A stretch of DNA of 64,000 bases, from assembly GCA_013265495.1 (NCBI GenBank), contig MU061578.1, forward strand, positions 3,109,308 through 3,173,307, given 5' to 3'. The translations under genes were made by a program, and so were the position numbers. The first letter of the stretch is position 1, and each line of letters opens with the position of its first letter. The stretch is from Vicugna vicugna (taxonomy: Eukaryota). Below, one piece after another: positions 62,301-64,000 of this stretch. The notes below the pieces were generated by a model. That model was not told where the DNA came from, did not search any database, and saw only the letters and a program-made list of their open reading frames with translations.

Positions 62301-64000
62301 GGCTGCTCCTGCACCAGCTGTTGAGTGTTTGTGTATGTGTGTGTTTGATGCATGTCCAGCATAAGGGGTTCCTGTCCCTCTCTTGGGACATGTCCTAGGC
62401 CATTCCATGCCCTCCCTGATGTCTTGGCAGAGGCAGGAAGAGTGTCCTTGCAGCCCCTACTGAGAAAAGGACTTCAGGTCAGGCTTGCCCCAGGGGCTGA
62501 AGGTCAGGCCCAGTCGGGTTAGAAAATAATGGGTGAGAGCAGCAGGAGGAGGAAGAGCAGGAGAAACTCCCCACTCCCAGGGACTGCCCCTCAGCATTCT
62601 CCTCAGCCTGCTGAACACAGACACAATCACAGCCCCCTCAAGAGCCTTCAGAGGTCCCAGCATGGCCCTGCTGCCCTACGACCTTGGGCCCCACCCAACA
62701 GGACTCTGGGACACTTTCCAACCCCATGGAAACTGGCCGTACACTGTGACTTTGCACCAGCTCTTCCCATTGCCTGCCTCAGGGTCTCTTAGCACCAGCC
62801 TTCAGCAAGGCCTTCCCTGATGTCTCAAGGCCACAGCTTTTCAGCAAGGGCATGATGCAGCATCACTCCAAGGAATGAACATCCTGGGTGTTGCAGGACA
62901 GTGAACATCCCAGAGCCACCCCAACCCCATCTCTGTGACAGCCCCTCGCCTGTCCAAACACTCCTGGGATCAGCACCACCTGGTTGAGGCCCACATGAAG
63001 GACACCTGAGAGCTCTGGGAGGAGGCCATGCCCCACTTCCTGACCCAGGCCCAGCCCACATCTGTTAGCAGAAGATGGACTGAGGAACAGCTGCAGGGCT
63101 TAGAGGAGCAGGCATGAGTCTCAAGCCCCTGGGAAGAGGCCAGGACTAAGGCAGGCCCCTGGGGCCCAGCAGCTGCTAAGGAGGCCACTGCCAAAGCCAG
63201 AGGGACCCAGGGGCCAGGGCGAGCCTGGAAAAGGTGTCCACAGGGTCACAAATCTGAGGGAACAGGCACACAGCAGGCTGGGCTGGACCCAGAGCCACAG
63301 GGCACAGAAGGTGCTCAGCCAGTACCCTGGACTAGTCTCAGCCTTCTTCACACTGGCCTGGCCCCCACCCAAGCTGCCCAGTCCACCTCTAGTCTTATAG
63401 GCTCCCATCACACATAAACAGGTCTCGTCCAGGGGCAGGGTCGGGGTGGGTACTCAGGCCTGTGTCAGGTGTGGTAGAGGGTGCCAGCCTGCACAGGGCT
63501 GATGTTGGATGAGTTCATCTGGCCCAGGGCTCCAGCTTGGGGGTAGCAGGTGGGGGTGGGAGGGAGAGGGGCTCAAGTGGGCATCAGTGGATGAAGGCTG
63601 AGGTGGGTCCCAGCACCGCCAGCTCAGGGAAGGGCAGACAGTGGATGTGGATGGAGGTCCCCCAGCAGCTCCCCTGTGCTCCCAGCACCCTGACAGGGCC
63701 AAGGGCAGGGGCGAGGCTGCTCTCTGCACACCTGCAAACATGCAGCCAGTACATACCTGAGCAGGACTCAGGTGAGACCCTCAGGGTGAGGGCTCAGGTA
63801 TAGAGCTGTTGACTGGACCCCACCCTCTCTCCCTTGGCCTTGGTTGTCCCATCTCTAGATTAAGTCAGTCTTTTCACCCTTCCTGGTACTTGAGGACATT
63901 AGAATGAGACAGTGGACACAAGGCCTCAAGACACCATGGTGCTGATGGCCACACTACTGTCATGAACCTCCAGTGCTTGGTCCTGAGGGCCCTTCCCCAA

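Noticed and set aside
56000..64000. Neighbouring protein-coding gene (MRPL28 expected upstream from recalled human synteny)
   Set aside because: No recognisable coding exons in this interval; it probably lies beyond the window

Overview
Mammalian genomic DNA, probably from a camelid: the only young SINEs are short tRNA-derived elements resembling Vic-1, and there is no Alu, B1/B2, PRE-1, Bov-tA or CAN-SINE. The window holds most of AXIN1 on the minus strand. This runs from a CpG-island promoter and non-coding exon 1 (~55070-54799) through coding exons 2-8 to most of alternative exon 9, which is cut by the window edge. The DIX-domain exons lie outside the window. All exon boundaries were read as canonical GT-AG sites, and the spliced frame is continuous. 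Introns carry L1, L2, MIR, LTR and SINE remnants. The most interesting signals concern the AXIN1 5' end. (1) An exon 1 ATG opens a spliced 53-codon uORF whose TGA overlaps the main ATG, and an alternative donor can remove that ATG. (2) A candidate distal promoter and first exon ~7 kb upstream (RFX X-box, CCAAT box, strong-Kozak ATG, tandem donors) feeds the same uORF frame. (3) Back-splicing of exon 2 would give exactly a 295-aa protein, as reported for human circAXIN1. Repeat family names and all comparisons with human or mouse come from recall and were not checked by database search.
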